A stretch of DNA of 64,000 nt from an uncultured bacterium (GCA_937903605.1 CALCZC010000007.1:189805-253804), one strand, 5' to 3'. Counted from the stretch's first letter, positions 18,462 through 27,636 are shown. The notes: generated by a model from the letters alone, not told the origin. Translations and numbers: made by a program.

Positions 18462-18578
18462 ATGAAAAAGAAAGCTAAAAAAGTTGTGAAAAAAGCTAAA
18501 AAAGTTGTAAAGAAAGTTAAAAAAGCTGTAAAAAAAGTAGCTAAAAAGAAAGTTGCCAAAAAAGGCAAAAAGAGATAG
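18462..18578 (+). CDS. 38-aa lysine-rich basic peptide (MKKKAKKVVKKAKKVVKKVKKAVKKVAKKKVAKKGKKR)
   Basis: ATG preceded by aaggggg RBS; followed by hairpin terminator caccgt...acggtgttttt; not in the ORF track (under 60 aa). Confidence 0.55.
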   Translation: MKKKAKKVVKKAKKVVKKVKKAVKKVAKKKVAKKGKKR

Positions 18579-18699
18579 TCTTTTCCTCACACTAAAAACA
18601 CCGTAAGTTATAGACTCACGGTGTTTTTATTTTTCTTTACTAACTATCAGAACACTGCTACAATAAAACTATAAGTATAATTATTAATTTATTTAATAT

Positions 18700-19911
18700 A
18701 TGTACAAAAAATTTTTAATTTCTTCGGTAATAATGTTTTTTGGATTGGTTTTGCTCTCGGGTAAAACTATGGCCATGGAAGAAAAAAGTTTTGAGGATGG
18801 AACTTTGATAAAAATCAAAGGTCAAAAAGTAATTTATTTACTGGAAGAAGGTGTCAAAAGACCTTTTGCCAATTCCGATACTTATAAAAATTACGGATAT
18901 TCTTGGTATGAAATAAAAACTGTCAAAGAAGAAGATGTGGCAAATTATCAAACCGGTCCGGAAATCAAAACACCGACCGTACAAATAACCGCTGATAAAC
19001 TTTTTGTTCGAAAGTGGCCGTTGCGTTTTAGTAAAATTTTATTTACCGCACAAAAAAATGAAACTTACGAAATAGTGGACATGATGGGCTCTTGGTATAA
19101 AATCAAAAATAACGAAAAAATTCTAGGTTGGGTTTCTTCACGTTATACTGTTGTTTTGGATGAAGAGATGGATGACTTCGTAATTATCAAGAAAGAAGAA
19201 GCGAAGTCCCTCACCGAACAAAGTTCTGGTGACGGGAAAAAAATTGAATCAATCAAAACCGAAGAAGTCAAAACCGAACCAATTGCAAAAGAGCCGGTAG
19301 TGAAAGAATCTGCTCCGAGCAAAGCGCTGACTTTGAACTATCTTGGTAATGGAAAATTTTCCTGGAAAAAAGTCGGAACATTTTCACAAGGGTACAAATT
19401 AGTCTGGTCAAAAAATTCCAATCCGACATATCCTCTGCGCGATGGAGATAAATATGCTTTTTATTCCAATCCTGAAACATTAACCGGTTATGTAACGGCT
19501 TTTGCCGGTGAAGGAAAATATTATGTGCGAGTTTGTGAATATTTGGGTGGTAAGTGCGGCATATATAGTAACCAAGTCACAATTACGTTGCTTGGTGATA
19601 CTGAAAAAACAGTAGAAAAAGAAACAACTCAAGCCGTAACTTCAATCACATTAACTTCTTTGGGTGAAGGAAAAATCAATTGGAAAGTAAACGGCTACTC
19701 CAAAAGTGGTTTCAAAGTTGTTTGGTCACAAAACCCATCCCCTACTTACCCGACTCGCGACGGTGATCAATATCATTACTATTCGGAACCGACCCAAACC
19801 ACAGATACTGTAAATAATTTTGACGGCGAAGGAAAATATTATGTTCGGGTATGCGAATACTTGGGAGGAAAATGTGGAATTTACAGTAATCAAATAGAAG
19901 TGAATTTATAA
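18700..19911 (+). CDS. Secreted protein with SH3b-like domain and two roughly 90-aa tandem repeats
   Basis: Signal/TM N-terminus; WYKIKNNEKILGWVSS SH3b-like; repeats ending GEGKYYVRVCEYLGGKCGIYSNQ x2. Confidence 0.7.
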   Translation: MYKKFLISSVIMFFGLVLLSGKTMAMEEKSFEDGTLIKIKGQKVIYLLEEGVKRPFANSDTYKNYGYSWYEIKTVKEEDVANYQTGPEIKTPTVQITADKLFVRKWPLRFSKILFTAQKNETYEIVDMMGSWYKIKNNEKILGWVSSRYTVVLDEEMDDFVIIKKEEAKSLTEQSSGDGKKIESIKTEEVKTEPIAKEPVVKESAPSKALTLNYLGNGKFSWKKVGTFSQGYKLVWSKNSNPTYPLRDGDKYAFYSNPETLTGYVTAFAGEGKYYVRVCEYLGGKCGIYSNQVTITLLGDTEKTVEKETTQAVTSITLTSLGEGKINWKVNGYSKSGFKVVWSQNPSPTYPTRDGDQYHYYSEPTQTTDTVNNFDGEGKYYVRVCEYLGGKCGIYSNQIEVNL

Positions 19912-19923
19912 AAGATTTAAAAC

Positions 19924-19955
19924 AAAAAAACCGCCGAACAGCTTCGGCGGTTTTA
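19924..19955 (+). terminator. Rho-independent terminator
   Basis: aaaaaaccgccgaacagcttcggcggtttt. Confidence 0.6.
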
Positions 19956-19960
19956 GTTTT

Positions 19961-20311
19961 TTATTCTTTACCAAACAATCGTTCAAATTCTTTATTACTT
20001 ATTAATTCTTTTAAGATGTCTTTTGCAACTTCTCTGTTTAAGTTTAATTTTTTTCCATCTATTTCTCCTGCTCTTTCTAAATCTTCTTTATAATTATCAC
20101 CGCCAAAATCTTCTTTTCCGGTTTTAACATAATTTTTTAACCAATCAACCGTCATTAAATAAACGGTGTGAAAATGTTCTTGAGAATATTTCAAACCATC
20201 TATTATCTGTTTTTTACCTTGTTCTATTCTCTCTTCCTCTTTCACTTTTTCCTCCATCCGCGATTGAACAAAGTCAGGATTATCTACGCCATAAGACTCT
20301 AAAGGATTCAT
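19961..20311 (-). CDS. Hypothetical protein
   Basis: 116-aa ORF downstream of the helicase on the same strand; no recognisable motif. Confidence 0.5.
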   Translation of the reverse strand: MNPLESYGVDNPDFVQSRMEEKVKEEERIEQGKKQIIDGLKYSQEHFHTVYLMTVDWLKNYVKTGKEDFGGDNYKEDLERAGEIDGKKLNLNREVAKDILKELISNKEFERLFGKE

Positions 20312-20390
20312 ATTATAAAAAATTAAAATTGGATTATATTATTAAATTAGCATAAAATATCCTTTTTTTCAAGAGTTCGCTAATTAAATT

Positions 20391-22496
20391 TTATAAATCA
20401 TCCAAATCTCGTAAAAAACTTCCCGGCCTTATTTTAGCTGGTTTGTCTATATAAGCGCTTTCCTCGGCTTCATAAACTACCCCGCTTATCGGATCGTTGA
20501 ATCTAGTTGAGTTTTCTGAAATTAACGATTTATCGTCCAACAAATCGTTATTAATTTCACTTAAAAACATACTTGGTCCGCTCAAACTATCACCCCATCC
20601 CCCACCAACCATTGGATAAGTCAAAAATAAATTATTCTTGGCACGTGTTATGGCCACATAAAACAAACGTCTTTCTTCTTCCAATCCTTGTGTTTCGCTA
20701 AGCGATCTATCACTTGGAAATGCACCGCTACTTAAATTGATAATAAAAACATTTTCCCATTCCAATCCTTTGGCTTGATGCACAGTAGATAAAATAATTT
20801 TATCTTTTCGTTCTTCTTGTTTATCTTCAATGTTTTTAGCTGTAAATCCTTCTTGTAACGCCGCTTCCGCCAAAAATTCTTCCAGTTTATCGTATTTTTC
20901 CGCAAACGTCATGAGTTGTTTGATGTCGGCTTTCCTGTCTTTGTAATCCAGATATTCATTTTCCAGATAATCTTTATAAGCCGAATCTAAAATTTTATTT
21001 ATCATATTGGCTGGAGTTCTGTCGCTAGTTAACATTTCATCCCAAATTTTCAAAAAGTTTTCAAAGCCTACCTGAGCTTTACCACCCAAAATATTTTTGA
21101 CTTCCGGCAGTTCTTCAATATTTTTTAAACCATTCACAAATTCCATGATTTTTTCCACTGCTGAGGGACCTATCCCTTCTTCGTGCAACAAAACTCTTGT
21201 CCAAGCAGCCAGGTCATTCAAGTTACTTACTATACGCAAATAACTGAGCACATCTTTGATGTGTGCGCGTTCAAAAAATCTCATTCCCCCGCGATAATCA
21301 TAGGGAATTCCGGCTTTGGTCAATTCCATTTCAAGCATTTGACTGTGCGCGCTGGCGCGAAAAAGCACAGCAATTTCACTTGGCGCTACATCTTTTTCCA
21401 AAAATTCCACGATTTTTTCCAACACAAAACTTGCTTCCATGCTTTGATCCATCTGCGGGCGAAGTTGGGGTTTCTCTCCCCCGTCTTTTATCGGTTTTAA
21501 ACTTTTTTTGTATTGTTTGGTATTGTAAGAAATAATATCATTGGCGATTTCCAAAATTTCTTTGGTACTGCGATAATTGGTTTCCAATTTAAAAATTTTT
21601 GCCTCCGGATAATCTCGTTCAAAATTTAAAATATTTTCTATATTGGCGGCACGAAAAGAGTAGATGCTTTGCGCATCATCACCAACAACCAAAATATTTT
21701 TATGCACACTGGCCAATTTTTTTATAATTTCCGCTTGAATTTTATTGGTATCCTGATATTCATCCACCATGATATATTGAAATTGCGTGGCAAATTTATT
21801 TTTTATTTCCTCATTTTGCAAAAGTAGTAACCAATTGGTCAGCAAATCGTCAAAATCCATACAATTGGCTTGTTTTTTGCGTTTTTCATATTCGCTCCAT
21901 ACATTTTTTATCTGGTCGGCCACGGCAAACCATTGCGGATATTTCAAATCCAAAACTTCTTCAATTGTTGTGTCGGCATTTTTGGCAAAAGAAATTATTC
22001 CTTGCAACACATTGGCCGAAGGATTTTTTTTGTCCGTACCGGAACTAAAAATATCTTTGGCGCAAAGTTTTATCAAACTGCGACTATCCTCACTATCAAG
22101 CACGGTAAATTTTTCTGTATATCCAATAACGTTCGCATAGCGTTTCAAAATTTTATAAGCAATACTATGAAACGTTCCGGCCCAAGGGAGAAAAGACTTC
22201 GGACTTCGGACTTCGGTCTTCGGACTTCTGTCTTCGTCACCTTCACTTTTCTGTAGACCGTAGACCGTAGACCGTAGACCGCTTACTCGTTCTATCATTT
22301 CTTTCGCTGCTTTGTTGGTAAAAGTCACAAGTAAAATATTTTCCGGTTTTATCCCCTGTTCCAATAAATAAGCTACCCTGTATGTAACGGTTCTTGTTTT
22401 GCCTGAACCAGCTCCGGCTAATACTAAACAAGGACCGTCACCCATATAGATCACGGCCAATTGTTCTTGGTTGAGTTCTTTGGAAAAATCAATCAT
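20391..22496 (-). CDS. UvrD/PcrA-family ATP-dependent DNA helicase
   Basis: GAGSGKTRTV (motif I), VTFTNKAAKEM, VDEYQDTN; carries a roughly 25-aa low-complexity insertion built from DNA repeats. Confidence 0.85.
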   Translation of the reverse strand: MIDFSKELNQEQLAVIYMGDGPCLVLAGAGSGKTRTVTYRVAYLLEQGIKPENILLVTFTNKAAKEMIERVSGLRSTVYGLQKSEGDEDRSPKTEVRSPKSFLPWAGTFHSIAYKILKRYANVIGYTEKFTVLDSEDSRSLIKLCAKDIFSSGTDKKNPSANVLQGIISFAKNADTTIEEVLDLKYPQWFAVADQIKNVWSEYEKRKKQANCMDFDDLLTNWLLLLQNEEIKNKFATQFQYIMVDEYQDTNKIQAEIIKKLASVHKNILVVGDDAQSIYSFRAANIENILNFERDYPEAKIFKLETNYRSTKEILEIANDIISYNTKQYKKSLKPIKDGGEKPQLRPQMDQSMEASFVLEKIVEFLEKDVAPSEIAVLFRASAHSQMLEMELTKAGIPYDYRGGMRFFERAHIKDVLSYLRIVSNLNDLAAWTRVLLHEEGIGPSAVEKIMEFVNGLKNIEELPEVKNILGGKAQVGFENFLKIWDEMLTSDRTPANMINKILDSAYKDYLENEYLDYKDRKADIKQLMTFAEKYDKLEEFLAEAALQEGFTAKNIEDKQEERKDKIILSTVHQAKGLEWENVFIINLSSGAFPSDRSLSETQGLEEERRLFYVAITRAKNNLFLTYPMVGGGWGDSLSGPSMFLSEINNDLLDDKSLISENSTRFNDPISGVVYEAEESAYIDKPAKIRPGSFLRDLDDL
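22195..22281. repeat. Tandem 9-bp (acttcggac-like) and 7-bp (gtagacc x4) repeats inside the helicase CDS
   Basis: gacttcggacttcggacttcggtcttcggacttctg ... gtagaccgtagaccgtagaccgtagaccg. Confidence 0.8.
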
Positions 22497-22499
22497 AAC

Positions 22500-23111
22500 T
22501 TAACTTTGTGCCGGTTCTTTTAGGTCTACCACATTTTCTTTGTTTGTTTTATCTACATTTAACAACAATACTTCTAAATCCATAATTATTTTTTCCGGCG
22601 CACCCTTACTCTTAAACCAGAGCTCACTTATTTCACACAAATATTCTCCTTTTATTTTCCCTGTTTTCAAGTTAACGCTAACTTTCTGGCCAGTTTTTTC
22701 CTTTACCAATTTTTCCAATACCTGTTTAAGAGTCGGCTCCTTTGTTTTCTCCTGGTTATTAATTTCTTTTATTAATTTTTCCGTATAAATAGAAGTTCTT
22801 TCCAGCACTCTTTTGCGAACTCCTTCTTTATATTCTTGCCATTTTTTGGTATAGGCTATTTCTTCCACCTTTTCTCCATTTTGAAAATCAATATTTTCCA
22901 GATGGCCTTCTCTACCCTGGTTAGTTTTAACTAAAATATAACCGTCTTTTACTTTTGATTGAAAATCCTCATTGTGAGGATCGTAAACATCTACAAAACC
23001 GTCAACCGAACCTTTTTCGGAGACTTTTAGCCATTTTAAACCTTCTTTTTCCGGATTAAATTTTTCTCTTTCTGACATATTTTTTATTATTATTTTTAGC
23101 TTGATTATCAT
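22500..23111 (-). CDS. Hypothetical protein (start may be the internal Met MSEREK)
   Basis: 203-aa ORF, 4 bp upstream of the helicase on the same strand. Confidence 0.5.
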   Translation of the reverse strand: MIIKLKIIIKNMSEREKFNPEKEGLKWLKVSEKGSVDGFVDVYDPHNEDFQSKVKDGYILVKTNQGREGHLENIDFQNGEKVEEIAYTKKWQEYKEGVRKRVLERTSIYTEKLIKEINNQEKTKEPTLKQVLEKLVKEKTGQKVSVNLKTGKIKGEYLCEISELWFKSKGAPEKIIMDLEVLLLNVDKTNKENVVDLKEPAQS

Positions 23112-23269
23112 ACCATATCATTGATTTTTTTCGCAAGACATGATAAAAAACATACCAATATACTAATGTACGAATGATACTAATCAAATACTAATACTCA
23201 AATACGAATACGTATTCGTATTATATTCGTATAATTAGTACAATTCGTATATTAGTATAAATTTATTTT

Positions 23270-24445
23270 ATGTTTTTCGAAACACTTAAAAATGACAATC
23301 AAACCAAAGCCCGAACCGGCATTATCCATACCGACCACGGAGATATTGAAACTCCTGCTTTTATGCCTGTGGGCACCCAAGCTACCGTCAAAACCCTGGA
23401 CCAACAGGACTTGCTTGATATTGATGCGCAAATTATTCTTGGCAACACCTACCATTTGCATTTACGCCCGGGCGAAGATCTTATAGCTAGTCAAGGTGGT
23501 TTGCATAAATTTATGAATTGGAATCGCCCTATTTTAACAGATTCGGGTGGTTTCCAGGTTTTTTCACTGGGTTTGCAAAAAAAGATGAAAGGACAAGGCG
23601 GTTTGGTAAATATTGATGAGGAGGGCGTGACTTTTCAAAGTCACATTGATGGCAGTTCACACCGATTTACTCCCGAATCAGCGATTGAAATTCAACACAA
23701 ACTTGGCGCTGATATTATAATGGCGTTTGACGAATGTACTCCGGATACCGCACCACGCGAATATATAGAAGAAGCTATGCAACGCACTCACCGATGGGCT
23801 GATCGTTGTATCAAAGAACATCAAAAAAACACTGCTTACCACGGTTACAAACAATTTTTATTTGGTATTATCCAAGGTGCAGGAAACGAAGAACTCCGCA
23901 AAAAATCCGCACAATATATTTCCTCCCTTCCTTTTGACGGCATTGCCATTGGCGGAGAAAGTATCGGCTACAACATGGAAGCCACCAAAGATATTTTGGA
24001 TTGGGTTACGCCGATAATTCCGGAAAACAAACCTCGTTACACCATGGGTCTTGGACTTTCACCTCTTGATTTATTGATTGCTGTGGAGCACGGTGCTGAT
24101 ATGTTTGATTGTGTCGCTCCGACCCGTCTTGCCCGTCACGGCATGCTTTTTTGTCATTGCGAGAGTAACGAAGCAATCCCACAAAAAGATAAATATCGTT
24201 TAAATATAAAGAATGCCAAATTTGAAAACGACCTCTCCCCGATTGATCCAGATTGTACTTGTCCGGTTTGTAAAAATTATACACGCTCATATTTACACCA
24301 TCTTTTCTCCGCAGATGAAATGACCGGCATGCGTCTCTCCACCATTCACAATCTTTACTTCATGCTGAATTTAATGAAAGAAACACGAAAAGCGATAAAT
24401 GAAGACAGATTTACAGAATTACTCAACAAGTGGAAAACGGCTTAA
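23270..24445 (+). CDS. tgt: Queuine tRNA-ribosyltransferase (tRNA-guanine transglycosylase)
   Basis: FETPAFMPVGTQATVK, DSGGFQV, zinc site CTCPVCKNYTRSYLHHL. Confidence 0.85.
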   Translation: MFFETLKNDNQTKARTGIIHTDHGDIETPAFMPVGTQATVKTLDQQDLLDIDAQIILGNTYHLHLRPGEDLIASQGGLHKFMNWNRPILTDSGGFQVFSLGLQKKMKGQGGLVNIDEEGVTFQSHIDGSSHRFTPESAIEIQHKLGADIIMAFDECTPDTAPREYIEEAMQRTHRWADRCIKEHQKNTAYHGYKQFLFGIIQGAGNEELRKKSAQYISSLPFDGIAIGGESIGYNMEATKDILDWVTPIIPENKPRYTMGLGLSPLDLLIAVEHGADMFDCVAPTRLARHGMLFCHCESNEAIPQKDKYRLNIKNAKFENDLSPIDPDCTCPVCKNYTRSYLHHLFSADEMTGMRLSTIHNLYFMLNLMKETRKAINEDRFTELLNKWKTA

Positions 24446-24516
24446 CCAAGCCGTTTTTACTTGCCCTGTACCGAACTTGTTCTGGTACAGGGTTACTTTA
24501 AATTAAATCCATTATT

Positions 24517-24600
24517 GTCCCGCTAAGCGGGACTATAACCTCGGCTTATCTTCGCGAGGCCCCGCTGAGCGGAGCTATATTGACGCTCAGCGCCGAGGTT
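24517..24600. repeat. GC-hairpin cluster (gtcccgcTAAgcgggac, ccccgcTGAgcgg, gacgcTCAgcg)
   Basis: Direct reading; long-range pairing aacctcggc/gccgaggtt encloses two of the hairpins. Confidence 0.55.
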
Positions 24601-24657
24601 GACAAAACCGCGAAAATGTGCTATATTTATTTGTTAGTTCATTACAAATAACAAACA

Positions 24658-25506
24658 ATGGAGAATATCATGTTAAGTTTACTTAATGAGGTTATCTGGG
24701 ATTACATTCCCCTTCTCTTGACCGCCCTGGTTATTCTGCTTTCTATTTTGATCTGGCTTCAGATTAAAAACTATTTGAAGCAAAACAAAAAAGAACAAGT
24801 AGAAGTGAAGCAGGAAAAAAGTATCTTTGAAAAGAAAATCAAAAGAAAAGACCCTCTTGAAGAGGCGGTTCAAAAAGAAATTTCCCTTGACCCAAAAATC
24901 GTCCGTCTACAAACTCACTTTCTCAATGTTTTACGCAACTTGACTGTAGACGCCAAAGAATTAGGTTTTACCTATGATTCTGACACTATTCAATATCTCC
25001 TTGCTGACTGGGAAAAAGTTCTTACTCACTATCTGAAAAATATTCAGGAGTTTGAAAAAGCGGAAATCCCTTTCCTTCCTTGCATTCCTGTGAATCAGCA
25101 TAATCCGCGACAAATGATGGAAACTCTTTATCGCAACGGTTCGGTCTCGGGGCTTTGTAATATTGATATTCAGAAACTGGAACAAACTGTTCCTCTTCCT
25201 AAAAAGACTTACTGGATCTTTGGGGTAGACTTCAAAAAAACCGAGCCTGATAAAATTTTCTGTCATGAAAGAAAAGAAGGGCTGGCAATAAATGAATTAA
25301 TTTTTGCCGCATCTTTTGTTGAGGATTTATGGAGAAACAAAAACACCCAACTTTTCTCCATAATTACTCTTTCTGATAGAATCCCGCTGATTTTCCGGTT
25401 TAATCTCAGAAATGAGGTGCCGGAAATCAAGGCCTTCTCCGAAAAAGAAAGTGCCAGAGAATACTACCTGGCGACCTGCAAAGACCGTGTGTGCTTTGCA
25501 GAATAA
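24658..25506 (+). CDS. Hypothetical membrane-anchored protein
   Basis: N-terminal TM helix; 282-aa ORF; terminator follows at 25512-25540. Confidence 0.55.
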   Translation: MENIMLSLLNEVIWDYIPLLLTALVILLSILIWLQIKNYLKQNKKEQVEVKQEKSIFEKKIKRKDPLEEAVQKEISLDPKIVRLQTHFLNVLRNLTVDAKELGFTYDSDTIQYLLADWEKVLTHYLKNIQEFEKAEIPFLPCIPVNQHNPRQMMETLYRNGSVSGLCNIDIQKLEQTVPLPKKTYWIFGVDFKKTEPDKIFCHERKEGLAINELIFAASFVEDLWRNKNTQLFSIITLSDRIPLIFRFNLRNEVPEIKAFSEKESAREYYLATCKDRVCFAE

Positions 25507-25545
25507 ATTTTGCCCGTCTCTTTTAGAGGCGGGCTTTTTTATTTT

Positions 25546-25619
25546 ACTGGGTTGACCCTGTGAAATATCGTCCGCCTTAGCGGACGATCCTGTTTATAAC
25601 AGGATTTCACTGGGTTGAC
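25546..25619. repeat. Inverted-repeat-bounded element, copy A
   Basis: ccctgtgaaat ... atttcactggg; flanked by direct repeat actgggttgac; inner hairpin gtccgccttagcggac. Confidence 0.55.
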
Positions 25620-25682
25620 AAAAGTGTTAAATTGAGGTATGCTTAAGCATTCGTCCTTTAACAACTTTTCAGGGAGTTTGTC

Positions 25683-26051
25683 ATGAAAACGGTCAGTTTA
25701 AAAGAGCTTAAGTCCTTCACTTTTGTCATTATCTTCTATCTGATTATCGGTTCGCTTTTGGTTTATCTCGGTCTTCCCGGCTATGTTCTGGGTTTCGTTT
25801 TGGCCGCCTGGACTTTGGCTGTTTTGTCTTTTGACATCAGAAACACACGACTGGCTATCGTTGACTCTTCTCGTCTTCTCTTAGGGTTAACTCCACCTTA
25901 TCTCATTTTCAACGGTCTTCCTTTTTTCACTCAGATATTCAAATACTACTTTTTCACCATCAGTACAGTCCTGGCCTTTGCCATTCTTTATTGGATGATA
26001 AAGGTCAAAGATGATTTGACCAACCATCCGGAAAAATTCTTGGACTACTAA
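25683..26051 (+). CDS. Hypothetical membrane protein
   Basis: Multiple predicted TM helices. Confidence 0.5.
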   Translation: MKTVSLKELKSFTFVIIFYLIIGSLLVYLGLPGYVLGFVLAAWTLAVLSFDIRNTRLAIVDSSRLLLGLTPPYLIFNGLPFFTQIFKYYFFTISTVLAFAILYWMIKVKDDLTNHPEKFLDY

Positions 26052-26066
26052 CTAAAGGAGAATACG

Positions 26067-26480
26067 ATGAAGAACTTACTGAGGAAAACCGAAAACGACC
26101 GGTTCAACGACTTGTTCTTCAATCTGGCTCTCGGACTTTTCGCTGGTTTTTTCAGCGGTCTAGGAATGTTCATGATGGTGAGCGACGAGCAAGTCATTTT
26201 GATGCTTGGGATGATGATAGCAACTATCGGGGTGTATTCGGTTTACACCCATGAATATAAGGCTGCCGCCCTGGTCTTTGCCACAATTCTGCCCATCATG
26301 ACCTTGGCCGCCTATCTCAAAATGGGGATCAAATACGATATTCCCGAATTGACAAGCGGTCTGCTCATTTTTCTTCAAGGATTTTTCTCTTCCCTTGTCC
26401 TAAGTATATTTATCGTTGCCTACCATCACGGTGGAAAAATGATAAAAGAGGATAAGGGCTATGGAGGCCCTCCCGAATAA
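26067..26480 (+). CDS. Hypothetical membrane protein
   Basis: Multiple predicted TM helices. Confidence 0.5.
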   Translation: MKNLLRKTENDRFNDLFFNLALGLFAGFFSGLGMFMMVSDEQVILMLGMMIATIGVYSVYTHEYKAAALVFATILPIMTLAAYLKMGIKYDIPELTSGLLIFLQGFFSSLVLSIFIVAYHHGGKMIKEDKGYGGPPE

Positions 26481-26526
26481 TGTTCTTTCAAAAAAACACC
26501 CGCCCTGTTCAAGGGGCGGGTTTTTC

Positions 26527-26844
26527 TTATTTAATTTCAACATCTACATCTGTCTCTCTATTTCCATGCTTAATCCCAATATCTCTTATGATTTTTAAAA
26601 TATGTTTATCTTCACAAATTCTTTTCAAATACTCATCGTCATTTTCCTCGGGTGAGAGTTTTGGCGGCATTTCTTCTTTTTTCAAATCAACCGACAAGCT
26701 TACATTTTCATCCAAAATATACTTCAAATAAAACTTTTTTGAAGTCGTGCCAAAATCTTTGTGTTTTTCCAAACAAAGAGTTACCAAAATCGGTTTTCCT
26801 TTTTCAAAATCGTTTTTTATTTCCCCTCTTTTTCCTTCATGCAT
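26527..26844 (-). CDS. Hypothetical protein
   Basis: 105-aa ORF between convergent genes. Confidence 0.4.
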   Translation of the reverse strand: MHEGKRGEIKNDFEKGKPILVTLCLEKHKDFGTTSKKFYLKYILDENVSLSVDLKKEEMPPKLSPEENDDEYLKRICEDKHILKIIRDIGIKHGNRETDVDVEIK

Positions 26845-26937
26845 ATATTAAAAATTTAATTAATCCTACCTTATATCTTATGCTTGTTTTTGAAAACTGT
26901 CAAAACTTGCCTTTCTTTATTTTTTAAACTAAACTGG

Positions 26938-27078
26938 ATAGCATCTCCCCTCTCCTTACAAAGCCTGGTCCCATACCGACCCGCAAGGGTCTGGTGTCGG
27001 GAGAGAGGGTTAGGGTGAGGTTAGGTTTGGCTTCCCTCTCCTTACGAAGGAAAGGGTTAGGGTGAGGTCTTACTATAT
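26938..27078. repeat. GC-rich repeat pair containing GGGTTAGGGTGAGG
   Basis: ccctctccttac(a/g)aag...gggttagggtgagg appears twice. Confidence 0.6.
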
Positions 27079-27086
27079 TATAAACT

Positions 27087-27554
27087 ATGAAAATAAACAT
27101 CATCGTTGTCGGAAAATTCAAAGAAACTTATTGGTCACAAGCGGAAAAAGAATATCTCAAACGCTTGTCCGCCTGGTTTAAGGTAAATATCATTGAACTC
27201 AAAGAAGAAAGTTTTACTGAAAAAGACGACCACGAAAATATCAAAGCCAAAGAAGCCGATAAAATCCTGGCCAAAATCCCGGCTAATTCTTTTGTCATAG
27301 CGCTTGATGAAAACGGTGTAGAATTTGAAAGCGAAAAGTTTGCAGACAAATTGCAATCTTGGTTAGAACTTGGAGATGAACTTACTTTTGTTCTCGGCGG
27401 ACCGCTTGGATTGTATGAAACTGTACTGCAAAAAGCTAAATTCAAATTGTCTTTATCACAAATGACATTTCCTCACCAAATGGCACGGGTTTTTCTGTTG
27501 GAACAGCTTTATAGAGCGCAAATGATAAACCAAAATAGAAAATACCATTACTAA
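27087..27554 (+). CDS. rlmH: 23S rRNA (pseudouridine1915-N3)-methyltransferase RlmH
   Basis: 155-aa SPOUT protein: MKINIIVVGK..., ALDENG, FVLGGPLG, LSLSQMTFPHQMARV. Confidence 0.8.
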   Translation: MKINIIVVGKFKETYWSQAEKEYLKRLSAWFKVNIIELKEESFTEKDDHENIKAKEADKILAKIPANSFVIALDENGVEFESEKFADKLQSWLELGDELTFVLGGPLGLYETVLQKAKFKLSLSQMTFPHQMARVFLLEQLYRAQMINQNRKYHY

Positions 27555-27636
27555 ACGACCACCTGGTCGTTTTTCTTTTTAACTTTACAAACTCCGTCTT
27601 TTCCTCTAAAATACCCCTATATTAACTATAATTTTT

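Noticed and set aside
18308-18568. 86-aa minus-strand ORF
   Set aside because: It is the poly-Phe/Leu mirror of the AAA/AAG-rich plus strand. The plus-strand Lys-rich peptide has an RBS and a terminator.
21183-22431. Plus-strand ORFs inside the helicase gene and the small minus-strand ORF 22243..22431
   Set aside because: They overlap a helicase ORF with all conserved motifs intact.
20391-23111. Helicase plus flanking unknown proteins as a Gabija-like defence module
   Set aside because: The helicase has full-length PcrA/UvrD architecture, which is expected as a single housekeeping copy. No OLD/ATPase-nuclease partner is present, and the neighbours are unannotatable.
27555-27636. T-box leader upstream of trpS
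   Set aside because: The intergenic region is only about 80 nt and contains just the rlmH terminator hairpin. There is no UGGUACCGC core.
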